Part shown: in pieces, positions 9,489 to 19,953 of the stretch
Layout of the letters: each line of letters begins with the position of its first letter
Numbering within the stretch: the first letter of the stretch is position 1
From: Bacillota bacterium
Lineage (GTDB): Bacteria > Bacillota > DTU025
Assembly (NCBI GenBank): GCA_050951805.1
Contig: JBMNJT010000002.1
Location: 1,216,001-1,280,000 of the forward strand
Direction: 5' to 3'
DNA length: 64,000 bases
Translations under genes and position numbers: made by a program
Notes under the pieces: generated by a model
Database searches by the model: none
What the model saw: the letters and a program-made list of their open reading frames with translations, nothing else
What the model was told of the DNA's origin: nothing

Positions 9489-10619
9489 TCATTGTCTATT
9501 ATGTGCCATGTGGCACCTGACCAAGTGATCATCTTGAGGTTCGGTGCTAGCACCCGAGGCCGTATCTGAGTGAGATCCGCCAAAGGCGCTAGCGGAGCCG
9601 AAAGATAGCGACAGCAATTCTGGTGACGATTTTTTGCAGACCGGGGCGGCCTGTTCGCATCTTGGCCAGAATTGACACGCGTTTGCAATGTGTGCCTGGC
9701 TGCTATCGATCATGCTCTCGGCTTCAATAGATGTAGCGAAAGACGCCTGCGCCGGACTGTGCCCCCGGCCGTTTCGGTTCCGGCGGCGACGCCCCCCAGT
9801 TCCCGGTATTGCCCCAAGTAGCTGACGTGTAAACGGATGGAGCGGCCTTTCGTATAGAGCGTCGGTTGGGGCAAACTCAACGATTTGGCCTCCGTACATT
9901 ACCGCTACCCTGTTGCACATGTGATAGACCACGCGCAGATCGTGGGCGATGAGGAGGTATGATAACCCGTACTCGTTCTGCAAGTCTTCAAGAAGCGAGA
10001 TTATCTGAGCCTGCACCGACACATCAAGGGATGATAGGGGTTCGTCAGCGACTATGAACTCGGGCTGAGTGGCAAGCGCCCTCGCTATTGCAACGCGCTG
10101 GCGTTGGCCGCCGCTGAGTTGATGAGGATAGCGCTCAAGGTAGTCAGGTGAAAGCCCTACCCGGGTCATCAAGGAACGTGCTTCCTCGTAGCGGTGGCGG
10201 GGAGGAACGCCTCTGGCAGCAAGCGCGACATCGATTGTTTGACGCACAGTATATCTCGGGTTGAGAGAGCTGTAAGGGTTTTGGAATATGATCTGGGCGC
10301 GATGTTTCAATTCTGAACGATCGATCGACTTCTGTCCCCAGATAGGGGTATTGCCATAATACACTTGCCCTGATGTTGGCTGGAGAAGCCCCACCATGAC
10401 GCGGCCAAAAGTACTCTTGCCACAGCCTGACTCGCCAACGAGACCTACTGTTTCACCAGGGTATATCTCCATGCTCACGGCGTCCACGGCCATTACTTGT
10501 CTGGCGGAGAGGCCTGTCAGCCTGCGTGAAAGGAGTGATTCAGACATTACAAAATGCTTGGATACACCTACCGCTGAAACCAGGGGCTTGCGACAGGTCT
10601 GCGCAGTCATCAAACCCAC
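9489..10619 (-). CDS. Peptide ABC transporter ATPase (DppF/OppF-like)
   Basis: [21 protein letters not shown], oligo_HPY tail with CQFWPRC. Confidence 0.92.
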   Translation of the reverse strand: MGLMTAQTCRKPLVSAVGVSKHFVMSESLLSRRLTGLSARQVMAVDAVSMEIYPGETVGLVGESGCGKSTFGRVMVGLLQPTSGQVYYGNTPIWGQKSIDRSELKHRAQIIFQNPYSSLNPRYTVRQTIDVALAARGVPPRHRYEEARSLMTRVGLSPDYLERYPHQLSGGQRQRVAIARALATQPEFIVADEPLSSLDVSVQAQIISLLEDLQNEYGLSYLLIAHDLRVVYHMCNRVAVMYGGQIVEFAPTDALYERPLHPFTRQLLGAIPGTGGRRRRNRNGRGHSPAQASFATSIEAESMIDSSQAHIANACQFWPRCEQAAPVCKKSSPELLSLSFGSASAFGGSHSDTASGASTEPQDDHLVRCHMAHNRQ

Positions 10620-10825
10620 CTCCGTGAAAGCATTATAACATCCCTACGCGATGAAAGAAGCCAATGCACAAAAGTCTTTTAAGATAATTCATACAAAGTT
10701 GATCCGCGAGAGCAGCGAATATGTAGTTTGAGCCCAGCTGAGGAGCAATTTGACAACGTGACGGTTTGGTGGTAGCATAGATCAAAGAAGAGTAGATCAT
10801 AGAGGGTATGATCATGCGCCGCCAG

Positions 10826-10965
10826 GCGCAATCGCTGAATCTTCCCAGCAGGGGAGAGCGGGGGACCCATATCATATGGCAGGGGCGAATCCTGCAGGTG
10901 TGCAGGTAGGGCTAATTCCTTCAGCCCGAGCCCGTCAGCTAACCTCGTAAGCGCTAAGAAGGGAC
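10826..10965 (+). ncRNA. c-di-AMP (ydaO/yuaA) riboswitch
   Basis: GCTGAAT..AGCGGGGGACCC..GGGGCGAATCC..GTAGGG..CCCGAGCCCGTCAGCTAACCTCGTAAGCG consensus blocks. Confidence 0.9.
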
Positions 10966-10973
10966 GCCCATTT

Positions 10974-10999
10974 AACCCAGGGATGTCCCTGGGTTTTTT
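10974..10999 (+). terminator. Intrinsic terminator of riboswitch expression platform
   Basis: AACCCAGGGA-TG-TCCCTGGGTT followed by T-run. Confidence 0.8.
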
Positions 11000-11167
11000 G
11001 TCATGTCGCCTGTATGGCGTCGGCCATACTGTGCGGGCTCAGGTTTTAAGTCCGCGCTTAGCAGGCATCCGCAGACTGCCCCCGTTTTTCCCCAAGATAA
11101 TTGCATACGTCATGAAGCATGATGAATCGGTTTTTCCCAAGTAAGCTTGTCTTAGGAGGTTGGTGTC

Positions 11168-12721
11168 ATGAAATCACGGACTATTCTGACAACTCTCATT
11201 ATAGCCATGATTCTGGCTTTTGGCTTTCTGTCTACAACCACGGGTCAAACCAGGAAACAACTGTCTGTAGTAATAGATACGGACTCGACCCGCGCCGATG
11301 AAGCACAGGCGATAGCTCACAATCTGCGGGCCATTGGGGTATCTGCCGATGTGCGGATATGGGAGTGGAATGCGCTCAAGGAAAGGATTCAGGCGGGTGA
11401 ACGACAGATGTACTTGACTGCCTGGGGAAGCGCCTATTTCGATCCTTTCGACATCATAGTGCCCAAATTCTACAGTGGCGACCGGGGCAACTACTCCGGT
11501 TATAGCAATGCTCGTTTCGACGCGGCCCTCGATCGAGCTCTTCGAGCTGTCGATAACGACGCGCGCAGGGAGGCGTATTTCGATGCCCAGCAGATCCTGT
11601 ACGATGATGCTCCGGCCATATTCGGATACTCTCTGATGGAAGTCGAAGCCGCACGGTCGGACGTGCTCAACTGGCAGCCGTCAATGGATTCTCGCGTCAA
11701 CCTGCACGATGTTGGGTTGGCCCGGGGCGATACGATCGTAGTGGGCCTGTACGCCGACAAGATACTGACATTGGATCCCGCTGCCTATCGCGACAGACCC
11801 ACTGAAACGGTTATTCGCAATATGTTCGACGCCCTCGTGACGCGCACATGGGATGGGAAGGTAGTCCCGGAGATTGCAGAAGCGTGGAAAGCGGTCTCGG
11901 ATACAGAGTATCTATTCAGGATTCGCAGGGGCATAAAATTCCATAATGGGGACTTGCTCGATGCCGATGACGTGGTTTTCACGTTTGACCGAGTGCTGAG
12001 GGAAGGCGCCATGGGTGGCCGCACATCGCCGCGCAAAGGCCTGTTGGGTCCGGTCGAAAAAGTGGAGAAGGTAGACCAGTATACGGTCAGGTTTGTTCTG
12101 TCATCGCCATTTCCCGTATTGCCGCAGGCACTGGTCCACTTTCAGATAGTGCCGCGAAAATACGTGGAGCGAGTTGGCGATGAAGCGTTTGCAAGAAAGC
12201 CTGTTGGCTGTGGACCGTTCAAGTATGTAGAGGGGCAATTTGATGACAAGATCGTAATGGAGAGGTTCGACGACTACTACGGCGGATCTCCCTCTATTCC
12301 TCCGGTGGGGCCGGCTCGGGTTAAGCGGGCGATCTTCAGGATGATGCCTGACCCCACTGTGCGTGTGGCTGCTGTGAAGACAGGGGAGGTCCACATCATC
12401 CAGTCGGTTCCGTCGCACATGGCAGCAGCCTTGGTCCGCGACAAGAACATCCAGGTCAAATCGGTTGAGGGAACCCGTGTTTACATGGTAGAGATGAATT
12501 GTAGGCGTCCGCCTTTTGATGATCCAAGGGTTCGCAGGGCCATGAATTACGCAGTGGACTGGGACGCAATTTTGAGGACAGTCTATGCCGGAAACGCCAC
12601 GCGTCTTGCAACCGCCTTCTTGCCGAGCGGGTTTGGTTTCAACCAGAGCATTGTTCCGTACAAGTATGATCCTGCGCGCGCCAAGGCGCTTCTTGCAGAG
12701 GCAGGTTACTCCACCAAATGA
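11168..12721 (+). CDS. Family-5 peptide ABC substrate-binding protein, apparently circularly permuted
   Basis: TLDP, KFHNG..DDVVFTF, GCGPFK, YDPARAKALLAEAGY present but canonical C-terminal block is placed first. Confidence 0.9.
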   Translation: MKSRTILTTLIIAMILAFGFLSTTTGQTRKQLSVVIDTDSTRADEAQAIAHNLRAIGVSADVRIWEWNALKERIQAGERQMYLTAWGSAYFDPFDIIVPKFYSGDRGNYSGYSNARFDAALDRALRAVDNDARREAYFDAQQILYDDAPAIFGYSLMEVEAARSDVLNWQPSMDSRVNLHDVGLARGDTIVVGLYADKILTLDPAAYRDRPTETVIRNMFDALVTRTWDGKVVPEIAEAWKAVSDTEYLFRIRRGIKFHNGDLLDADDVVFTFDRVLREGAMGGRTSPRKGLLGPVEKVEKVDQYTVRFVLSSPFPVLPQALVHFQIVPRKYVERVGDEAFARKPVGCGPFKYVEGQFDDKIVMERFDDYYGGSPSIPPVGPARVKRAIFRMMPDPTVRVAAVKTGEVHIIQSVPSHMAAALVRDKNIQVKSVEGTRVYMVEMNCRRPPFDDPRVRRAMNYAVDWDAILRTVYAGNATRLATAFLPSGFGFNQSIVPYKYDPARAKALLAEAGYSTK

Positions 12722-13743
12722 TCCGCCTCAGTCGCACACAGGCCAAGATAGTAGAGAGAATCCTGGCCACCATACCGCTGGCGCTCGGTGTGGCAGTAGC
12801 CGCTTTCATCTTCATGAGGGCCATCCCTGGTGACCCAGTAGACATCATGATGGGGGAGGCAGCGTGGACTTCTGAAGAGGAAATGGCGGCTCTTCGAGGG
12901 GAAATGGGACTGGATGAGCCCATGCACGTGCAGCTTTGGACCTACTTGAAGCAGGTTTTCAAGTGGGACCTGGGGTATTCGATTGTCAGGTCTCGTCCCG
13001 TGGCCGACATTATCCGGGAAGCTCTGCCGGCCACCATAGAACTGGCTGTATTTGCCATGCTGTTCGCATTGGCAGTAGGTATTCCGATTGGAGTTGCGTC
13101 TGCCCTAAATCCGAATTCCTTCATGGATAGGGTCGGAACCTGCTTGTCGCTCGTGGGCGTATCGCTTCCCGCCTTTTGGTTAGGAATAGTCGGTATTCTT
13201 ATATTCTCAATGATATTGGGCTGGCTACCAACATCCGGGCGCATAGCATATGGAGCACAGCCAGCGCACGTTACCGGATTGCTGGTGCTGGATGCGTTGA
13301 TCACCGGAAACCTGCCGGCTCTGGGCAATGCCTTGAAACACATTTGTCTCCCGATGATCACGTTGGGGCTAGGAGTTGCAGCAGTAGTGGCTCGGGTAAC
13401 GCGCTCAAGCATGCTTGACGTGCTCAGTGCCGACTATGTGCAGTTCGCAAGGGCCAAAGGTGTTCCGGAGAGGGACGTGACGTGCCGCCATGCGCTCCGC
13501 AATGCAATGATACCAACTGTGACCCTGGTTGGTTTGCAGTTCGGCTCTCTGCTGGGTGGAAACATGATTGTAGAGACGATCTTCGGATGGCCAGGCTTGG
13601 GCAGGGTAGTCGTGGATGCTATCTTTGCCCGCGATTATCCGGTAGTGCAGGCGTCGGTGATGGTTTATGCTCTCACGTTCGTCCTTATAAACCTTGTTGC
13701 CGACATTATTCACACTGTTTTGGACCCGAAGATAAGTTTGTAG
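12718..13743 (+). CDS. Peptide ABC permease (DppB-like)
   Basis: PGDPV, PAFWLG, ARAKG, VETIFGWPGLG, RDYPVVQ. Confidence 0.93.
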   Translation: MIRLSRTQAKIVERILATIPLALGVAVAAFIFMRAIPGDPVDIMMGEAAWTSEEEMAALRGEMGLDEPMHVQLWTYLKQVFKWDLGYSIVRSRPVADIIREALPATIELAVFAMLFALAVGIPIGVASALNPNSFMDRVGTCLSLVGVSLPAFWLGIVGILIFSMILGWLPTSGRIAYGAQPAHVTGLLVLDALITGNLPALGNALKHICLPMITLGLGVAAVVARVTRSSMLDVLSADYVQFARAKGVPERDVTCRHALRNAMIPTVTLVGLQFGSLLGGNMIVETIFGWPGLGRVVVDAIFARDYPVVQASVMVYALTFVLINLVADIIHTVLDPKISL

Positions 13744-13746
13744 GAG

Positions 13747-14682
13747 ATGGGGAAAATGGGCCACGTTTCTATTCCATCAGATGAACTGTGCAAAGGCGTA
13801 ATATCGACAGCCCGTACCGTCCCGTATGTGCGCGCGTCGCGACGCAGGGGAACGGTGAAGCGCCTGTTGGCTCACGGTGGTGGCAGAACAGGGCTGATAA
13901 TCGTCGCCGCGTTTGTTCTTGTGGCGGTCCTCGCCCCTGTTATCGCTCCGTACGCTCCAGATGAGGTTGACCTCGACTCGTGGCTGATCCCGCCGGGGTT
14001 CGGATCAGGTCACCTCCTCGGCACTGACCAGTTGGGACGGGATATTCTGTCTCGGATTATCTACGGATCAAGAGTTTCCATCCTCGTGGGGCTTACGACC
14101 ATCTTGATATCGTCCGTGGTCGGCATCGGCCTCGGAATGTTGGCCGGTTATTACGGTGGAGCGTTGGACCGCGTTCTCGCGCGCTTCACTGAGTTGCTCC
14201 TTGCATTTCCATACCTGATTTTTGTCATAGCGATCATGTCGGTAATAGGCCCTGGTTTTTGGAATCTCGTGTGGGCTCTCAGCTTCAAAGGATGGGTGGA
14301 GTTTTACCGGTTGGCAAGGGCGCTTACCATGTCAGAGAAGAATAGGGAATACGTCGATGCAGCAAGAGCTCTTGGACGCTCGGATGGAGTCATTCTCGTC
14401 CGGGAGATTCTTCCGAACATCTCCAATTCAATGCTGGTGCTTGGGACGCTCCGCATGGGCAACATGATCATGACGGAATCATCTTTGAGCTTTCTAGGCC
14501 TGGGGATTCCTCCGCGAATACCCGCGTGGGGATCTATGATCGCAGATGGTCGCAGGTACATGCTGGGCGCTTGGTGGGTTGCAACTCTGCCAGGAATAGC
14601 CCTTGCGCTCTTGGTGCTGGGCATGAACTTGTTAGGAGAAGGCCTTCGCGACGTGCTTGATCCGAAGATGATGGAAGGATGA
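13747..14682 (+). CDS. Peptide ABC permease (DppC-like)
   Basis: HLLGTDQLGRDILSRIIYG, EYVDAARALG, LSFLGLG. Confidence 0.93.
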   Translation: MGKMGHVSIPSDELCKGVISTARTVPYVRASRRRGTVKRLLAHGGGRTGLIIVAAFVLVAVLAPVIAPYAPDEVDLDSWLIPPGFGSGHLLGTDQLGRDILSRIIYGSRVSILVGLTTILISSVVGIGLGMLAGYYGGALDRVLARFTELLLAFPYLIFVIAIMSVIGPGFWNLVWALSFKGWVEFYRLARALTMSEKNREYVDAARALGRSDGVILVREILPNISNSMLVLGTLRMGNMIMTESSLSFLGLGIPPRIPAWGSMIADGRRYMLGAWWVATLPGIALALLVLGMNLLGEGLRDVLDPKMMEG

Positions 14683-14688
14683 TGGAAA

Positions 14689-15765
14689 ATGGCATACCCG
14701 TGCGCCGCAGATAGCACGCTGCTTGAAATCTCTGGATTACAGACAATCTACCCGACTGCGCGCGGGGAGGTTCAGGCCGTGAGGAACGTAAGCTTTTCTG
14801 TCTCTCAAGGCGAAATAGTGGGAGTAGTGGGGGAGTCGGGGTGCGGAAAGAGCGCCCTGCTCCTATCCATCATGGGGCTTCTTCCGTCGCCTGGACGCAT
14901 TGTGGGAGGCAGGGTTATGTTTGGAGGGACTGACCTTGTAGACCTTTCTGAGGCAGAAATGCGAACGATTCGTGGCAAGGAGATCGCCATAATATTTCAG
15001 GATCCGATGACCGCGCTCAATCCTGCCTATCGAGTTGGTGAACAGATAGCAGAATCTTTGCGGGTGCATGGTATGGTTCCAGTATCTGCAGGTGACACCG
15101 GAAGGTTATGCGGAGATGGGGGCGGGTTGGGCCCGAGAATGAGGAAGACACGATCGCGTAAGCTGTCTGCCGCCGAAGAACGTGAGTATGTATTCGAGCT
15201 GATGCAGAGTGTAGGAATACCCATGCCCGAGCAGAGACATCTGGATTATCCTCACCAGTTCAGCGGAGGCATGCAGCAGAGGATAATGATCGCGATCGCC
15301 TTGGCTTGCAAGCCGAAGCTTCTTCTTGCAGACGAACCAACTACTGCACTGGACGTAACCATCCAAGCTCAGGTGCTCGACTTGATAGATGAGATCAACG
15401 AGACCACCGGAACTGCTGTCGTCCTTGTCACGCACGACTTGGCTGTGGCAGCAGATTTCTGCGATTCTATAGCTGTGATGTATGCGGGGCAGATTGTGGA
15501 GCGAGGGCCAACAGAAGCGGTTATGGAGGGATCAGCTCATCCATATACCCGCGGCCTGCTCAGATCCATGCCCGTGCTGGGAGAGAGGAAGCCTCTCAGG
15601 CCCATAATGGGCGAAGTCCCGGATCTTGCAAACCTGGGCCCGGGGTGCAGTTTCGCTCCAAGGTGTGACTTTTCAGAGGATGTGTGTTTTGAGAGGGCTC
15701 CGGATGTGAGCATCGTGGAAAAGGGGCATGAGGTCAGATGCCATCATCACTCGGGCGCGTTGTAG
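14689..15765 (+). CDS. Peptide ABC ATPase (DppD/OppD-like)
   Basis: [29 protein letters not shown]. Confidence 0.93.
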   Translation: MAYPCAADSTLLEISGLQTIYPTARGEVQAVRNVSFSVSQGEIVGVVGESGCGKSALLLSIMGLLPSPGRIVGGRVMFGGTDLVDLSEAEMRTIRGKEIAIIFQDPMTALNPAYRVGEQIAESLRVHGMVPVSAGDTGRLCGDGGGLGPRMRKTRSRKLSAAEEREYVFELMQSVGIPMPEQRHLDYPHQFSGGMQQRIMIAIALACKPKLLLADEPTTALDVTIQAQVLDLIDEINETTGTAVVLVTHDLAVAADFCDSIAVMYAGQIVERGPTEAVMEGSAHPYTRGLLRSMPVLGERKPLRPIMGEVPDLANLGPGCSFAPRCDFSEDVCFERAPDVSIVEKGHEVRCHHHSGAL

Positions 15766-15983
15766 CCTGGTGCGAATGATCGGTGAGTGCCAGTTATCGG
15801 CAGTCCGGAATGGTCTATGGGGTATGCTCCCGCGAAATGCTCAGAATTGGCGATCTCAAGCCCCATCGTACTCATTCATACAGCCTTTTACCAATGTCTC
15901 TTAAGGTCTTCCGCCGACTCACGCGGCGGCAGGCCACACTTGAATAATTCACGCCCGGTGGGGAGGACACGCAAAATCACTGC

Positions 15984-18140
15984 TCAACTGGAGTAGAAAA
16001 CTCTCTTCACGCGGATGCCTATCCGGCTGAGCAACTCATTGGTTATCGTTCCGGCATCGGCAGCTGCTTGTTCTGCCGTGATCTCCGCAGAACCGTCTCT
16101 GCCGATCAATGTGGCGACATCGCCGCGCTTCACGTCCGGGATCCCGGTGACGTCGACCATCAGCTGATCCATGCATATTCGGCCTATAATGGGTGCACGG
16201 CATCCATGGATCAATACTGAGCCTCTGCCGCCCGAGAGATTGCGTGGAATCCCGTCCCCGTACCCGATTGGGAGGATGGCGACACAAGTATCACGCTCGG
16301 CAATGAAGTGGCGACCATAGCCGACGCTTTCCCCGGCTGTAACGGTTCTAACAAGCGAAACCCGTGCCTTCAACGACAGGACATTTTTTATGTCCAGGTG
16401 GAGCCTGGTCTGATCATGGGGCGAGCTCAGTGTGCCGTACAATGCAATCCCGACTCTTGCATAATCGCATTTAAGCATTGGATAGTTAAGGAGGCCATAA
16501 CTGCTTTGAACGTGTATCTTGGGAAGGGTGACGTTTTGCTCCCGGAGCGTCTCCAGGAGATGGTAAAACCTATCTATCTGCATTTCTGTAAATTGAGCGT
16601 CTTCCGGTTCCATGCTATCTGAGACGGAAAGGTGAGTGTAGATTCCGTCAATACAAAGATTCTTGAGGCCGAAGATGCTGGCAATCTCCGATACATGATC
16701 CCAGGGCTCTCCCATACGGTGCATGCCGGTGTCCACTTTGATGTGGACGTGTATTGGTTTCCCGCAAGCATTGAGGCGCACAGCGTGTTCTCGATCGACG
16801 ACTGTCTGCGACAAACGGTAGCGGGCGAGCTCGCCAGCTCTTTCGGGCACAGTGTAGCCGAGTATCAGGATTGTTCCTCTGATTCCATGTTTTCGCAGGC
16901 GAATTCCTTCATCGATAGCGGCAACCGCGAAGGCATCGATTCCTATCTGATTCAGATGTTTTGCAACTTCCACATCGCCATGCCCGTATGCATTGCCTTT
17001 GACGGCAGCCATTAGTTTACATCCATCCGGCATAGCTTTGCGCAGGACTTGGACGTTGTGGCTCAGGCAGGTTAGGTCGATCTCAGCCCACGCCCTGTCC
17101 ATAGTGGCGTGTTCAGGAGCGAGCTCTCTGTTTTGAAAGACTCGCAGCAACAACAGGATCGCTTCTGCGGCAGCAAGGGAAGATACTGCTACGGCAAGAA
17201 AATGGATGACGCTGTTAGCTATCAGCCATCGTTTGAGGCCCGCGGCTTTGGCAAGCCATCGAACGAGTATGATCATCATGGGATGGACTAAATAGATGAG
17301 CGTAGAGATGTCCCGCAGCTCTTTGCGCGTTTTGCCATTGATGTGTAGCAGGCTCTGAAAAAGGAGAGCCGCGCAGGGCAGGAGCGTAAGGTACATGCTA
17401 TCGTGCCTTGGGATCCCGCAGGTGTGAAGGAGAAGCGCTTCTGCCAGCATAAGAAGAAACGCAACTGCCAGCCCCGTAAAGCACGCCTTTGGCTGCAGGC
17501 GCCTCGCTGGCGGGGCCATCATGGCGCCAAGCAATAGAAAGACCGGAGCGAAGAAAAGTCCGTTCCGCGTGTAGTCCGAAACTGTGAAGACTGATGCATA
17601 GAACGATTGCAGGAATGGCACTCTTTCTGCAATTCCGTAGTAGCTGTCGCCGAACAGGCCGACCAGGTAGAGGATGAAGGCTATGCCAAAGGCGTGGCCA
17701 GGGCCGAGCCTTTTCAGCAACAGCCAGGCAATGGTCGCGCCGATCATCGCTGCCGGCAGATACCATAAGTGATAAAACGTGCCGTCAAACACAATGTCCT
17801 TCAGCAGTTCTTTGGCCAGATGTTCAGTTCTGAAGGTTCCCGCATAGATGTTGACAGGGAGATACAGCAAAGTTGAAATGGCGTACAACGCGGCCGTTTT
17901 CCTCAGAAAGCGAAACAGCCTTGCGCGGTCCGCTTCGCTGTCTGTCGCCTTTCCACGAAACAGGAAAAATCCTGAGGTCATGAAGAAGAACGGCACTGCT
18001 ACACGGGCAATTATCCTTGTCAGGATGAAATCAGCGGTCCCGTTCACTGACGACAGGGGGGAAGTGTGGTTAGCCACTACGAGAAATGCAGCGATTATTC
18101 TGAAGTAATCAATACCGGGGAACTCTTCCTGCAGATTCAT
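15984..18140 (-). CDS. vanT: Membrane-bound serine racemase VanT
   Basis: N-terminal multi-TM domain (IDYFRIIAAFLVVANHTSP) fused to PLP racemase (VKGNAYGHG, RICMDQ). Confidence 0.93.
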   Translation of the reverse strand: MNLQEEFPGIDYFRIIAAFLVVANHTSPLSSVNGTADFILTRIIARVAVPFFFMTSGFFLFRGKATDSEADRARLFRFLRKTAALYAISTLLYLPVNIYAGTFRTEHLAKELLKDIVFDGTFYHLWYLPAAMIGATIAWLLLKRLGPGHAFGIAFILYLVGLFGDSYYGIAERVPFLQSFYASVFTVSDYTRNGLFFAPVFLLLGAMMAPPARRLQPKACFTGLAVAFLLMLAEALLLHTCGIPRHDSMYLTLLPCAALLFQSLLHINGKTRKELRDISTLIYLVHPMMIILVRWLAKAAGLKRWLIANSVIHFLAVAVSSLAAAEAILLLLRVFQNRELAPEHATMDRAWAEIDLTCLSHNVQVLRKAMPDGCKLMAAVKGNAYGHGDVEVAKHLNQIGIDAFAVAAIDEGIRLRKHGIRGTILILGYTVPERAGELARYRLSQTVVDREHAVRLNACGKPIHVHIKVDTGMHRMGEPWDHVSEIASIFGLKNLCIDGIYTHLSVSDSMEPEDAQFTEMQIDRFYHLLETLREQNVTLPKIHVQSSYGLLNYPMLKCDYARVGIALYGTLSSPHDQTRLHLDIKNVLSLKARVSLVRTVTAGESVGYGRHFIAERDTCVAILPIGYGDGIPRNLSGGRGSVLIHGCRAPIIGRICMDQLMVDVTGIPDVKRGDVATLIGRDGSAEITAEQAAADAGTITNELLSRIGIRVKRVFYSS

Positions 18141-18901
18141 CCCAAATGCCTCCATAATGTCACCACAAAGCCATCATCGTTGTTCCCGGATACCTGAAAA
18201 GGGATTCTGTCCGGCAGTTCGATTTCAACCTCCTGACCTGGTTCGACGGGGACATGAAAAATCTCGAAGTCGTAGTTGTCGTGCTTGATCCGAAGATGTG
18301 CTCCGTCGAAGGGAAAGTGCTTGAGGCAGTCAGTATACTCCTCCAGCGTAAACTCATTTCCCCTGATCAGTTGGGAATGGGGATAGCCAACGTAGCGAAA
18401 ATGCCAGGGCTCGTGTGCAATTTGGGTGATGGATTCCCGTCCAGCCGGGTAGCGCTGGATGAATCCATACTGTACTGACAGCTTCCGGAACTCTTGACAG
18501 ATTCCGGTGTAAGGGAAGTATGGCCGGATGAAATCGATGTCCGGCCTGTTTTCTCCCAAATCGATTGCTAGTCCGGTCTGGTGCTCGCTGCATCCCACAG
18601 TTGCGACGTATTTCTTCGTAAACTCCTTCCCGTTTTCGCGCATGGAATCGGCGTATATAGCCTGCTGTTCCTGCATCGTGCGATAACCGCTGACTGGTAC
18701 GATTTGATCCTCGCATTGCAAGAGAGCAGCCACTTCTGCCAGCATCCTTGCTGTTTGCCTTTCTAGAACGATCTCGGGAAAGGCAGGGCGAATAGGCACA
18801 AGCACTTCATCGGCTGGTGTCGTCGCAAGTGGATGAGAGGGATTGACGAGGATGAGGTTGCCCTTGCCAATGTCCTCTGCATAGAGTTTCAGCGTTCTCA
18901 T
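18137..18901 (-). CDS. vanXY: D,D-dipeptidase/D,D-carboxypeptidase VanXY
   Basis: M15B motifs SGYR, SEHQTGLAID, EPWHFRYVG; no TM anchor; between ligase and vanT. Confidence 0.85.
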   Translation of the reverse strand: MRTLKLYAEDIGKGNLILVNPSHPLATTPADEVLVPIRPAFPEIVLERQTARMLAEVAALLQCEDQIVPVSGYRTMQEQQAIYADSMRENGKEFTKKYVATVGCSEHQTGLAIDLGENRPDIDFIRPYFPYTGICQEFRKLSVQYGFIQRYPAGRESITQIAHEPWHFRYVGYPHSQLIRGNEFTLEEYTDCLKHFPFDGAHLRIKHDNYDFEIFHVPVEPGQEVEIELPDRIPFQVSGNNDDGFVVTLWRHLG

Positions 18902-19953
18902 CGGTCGATCGCCAGCCTTATAAGCGTGTCTACAATCTGCTCAAAGCTCATTCCAATCCCCTTTAGCATGTTGGGATACCGGCTATGGGTGGTGAAACCG
19001 GGTATGGTGTTGACTTCATTGAAGACGATATCTTCTTCAGGAGTGAGGAACATGTCAACTCGCGCGTACCCCGAACACTCCAGAGCCCTGTAGATGACGA
19101 TAGCTGTTTGCTTGATGCGTGCAGCAGTCTCCACATCGATCCGCGCAGGCATATGGATCTTCGAAGTTTTCAACGTATATTTCTCGGTGTAATCGAAGAA
19201 GCCGTTGCAGAGCTCGATCTCGTCCACCTCTCCAATGGTGAGTACGTCATTGCCGAGGACAGCACAGCCGACCTCGAATCCATCAATTGATTCCTCTATT
19301 ACTACTTTTCTATCGTGTTCGAAGGCAGCACTGACTGCACAGGCAAGCCCGCTTTCCTGGGAAACCTTAGTAATGCCGAAGGAGGAGCCGGCATTTGCCG
19401 GTTTCACAAAGAGTGGGTATTTCAGGTGCGCAATCCGCTTAAGCAGCTCCGCTTCGGAGACGTAAGAGTGCAGCACAATCGATGGAGGTGTTTTTACTCC
19501 AGCCAGGCTGACTATTCTGTGAGCTATGTCCTTGTCCATGCACATGGCTGAGCTCAATACGCCACATCCAACACAGGGGATGCCCGCCATTTCCAGTAGG
19601 CCTTGAACTGTTCCGTCCTCGCCGTTCTTCCCATGTAGAACCGGAAAGGCAACGTCGATTCGGGTCGTGGTTACCTTGTTGCCGTGAAATTCAAGTATCC
19701 CATGGGTATTTCGATCGGGAGAAATGATGGCCGGAACGGAGACGCTGTGATCCATCCACGTATTGTCCTTGATCTGCTCCACAGGACCGGTGAATCTCAT
19801 CCAAGCTCCCTGGCGGGTAATCCCGAGCAGTATCAAGTCGTATTCTTCAGGGTTGAGGTTGGTGATTACCGAATAGGCCGACTGCAGCGATATTTCATAC
19901 TCCGTGGAAGATCCGCCGAATATCACGGCTACTCTTGTTCGTTTCATGTTCAT
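18898..19953 (-). CDS. vanG: D-alanine--D-serine ligase VanG-type
   Basis: PVLHGKNGEDG, omega loop FDYTEKY, NEVNTIPGFT; operon with vanT. Confidence 0.9.
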   Translation of the reverse strand: MNMKRTRVAVIFGGSSTEYEISLQSAYSVITNLNPEEYDLILLGITRQGAWMRFTGPVEQIKDNTWMDHSVSVPAIISPDRNTHGILEFHGNKVTTTRIDVAFPVLHGKNGEDGTVQGLLEMAGIPCVGCGVLSSAMCMDKDIAHRIVSLAGVKTPPSIVLHSYVSEAELLKRIAHLKYPLFVKPANAGSSFGITKVSQESGLACAVSAAFEHDRKVVIEESIDGFEVGCAVLGNDVLTIGEVDEIELCNGFFDYTEKYTLKTSKIHMPARIDVETAARIKQTAIVIYRALECSGYARVDMFLTPEEDIVFNEVNTIPGFTTHSRYPNMLKGIGMSFEQIVDTLIRLAIDR

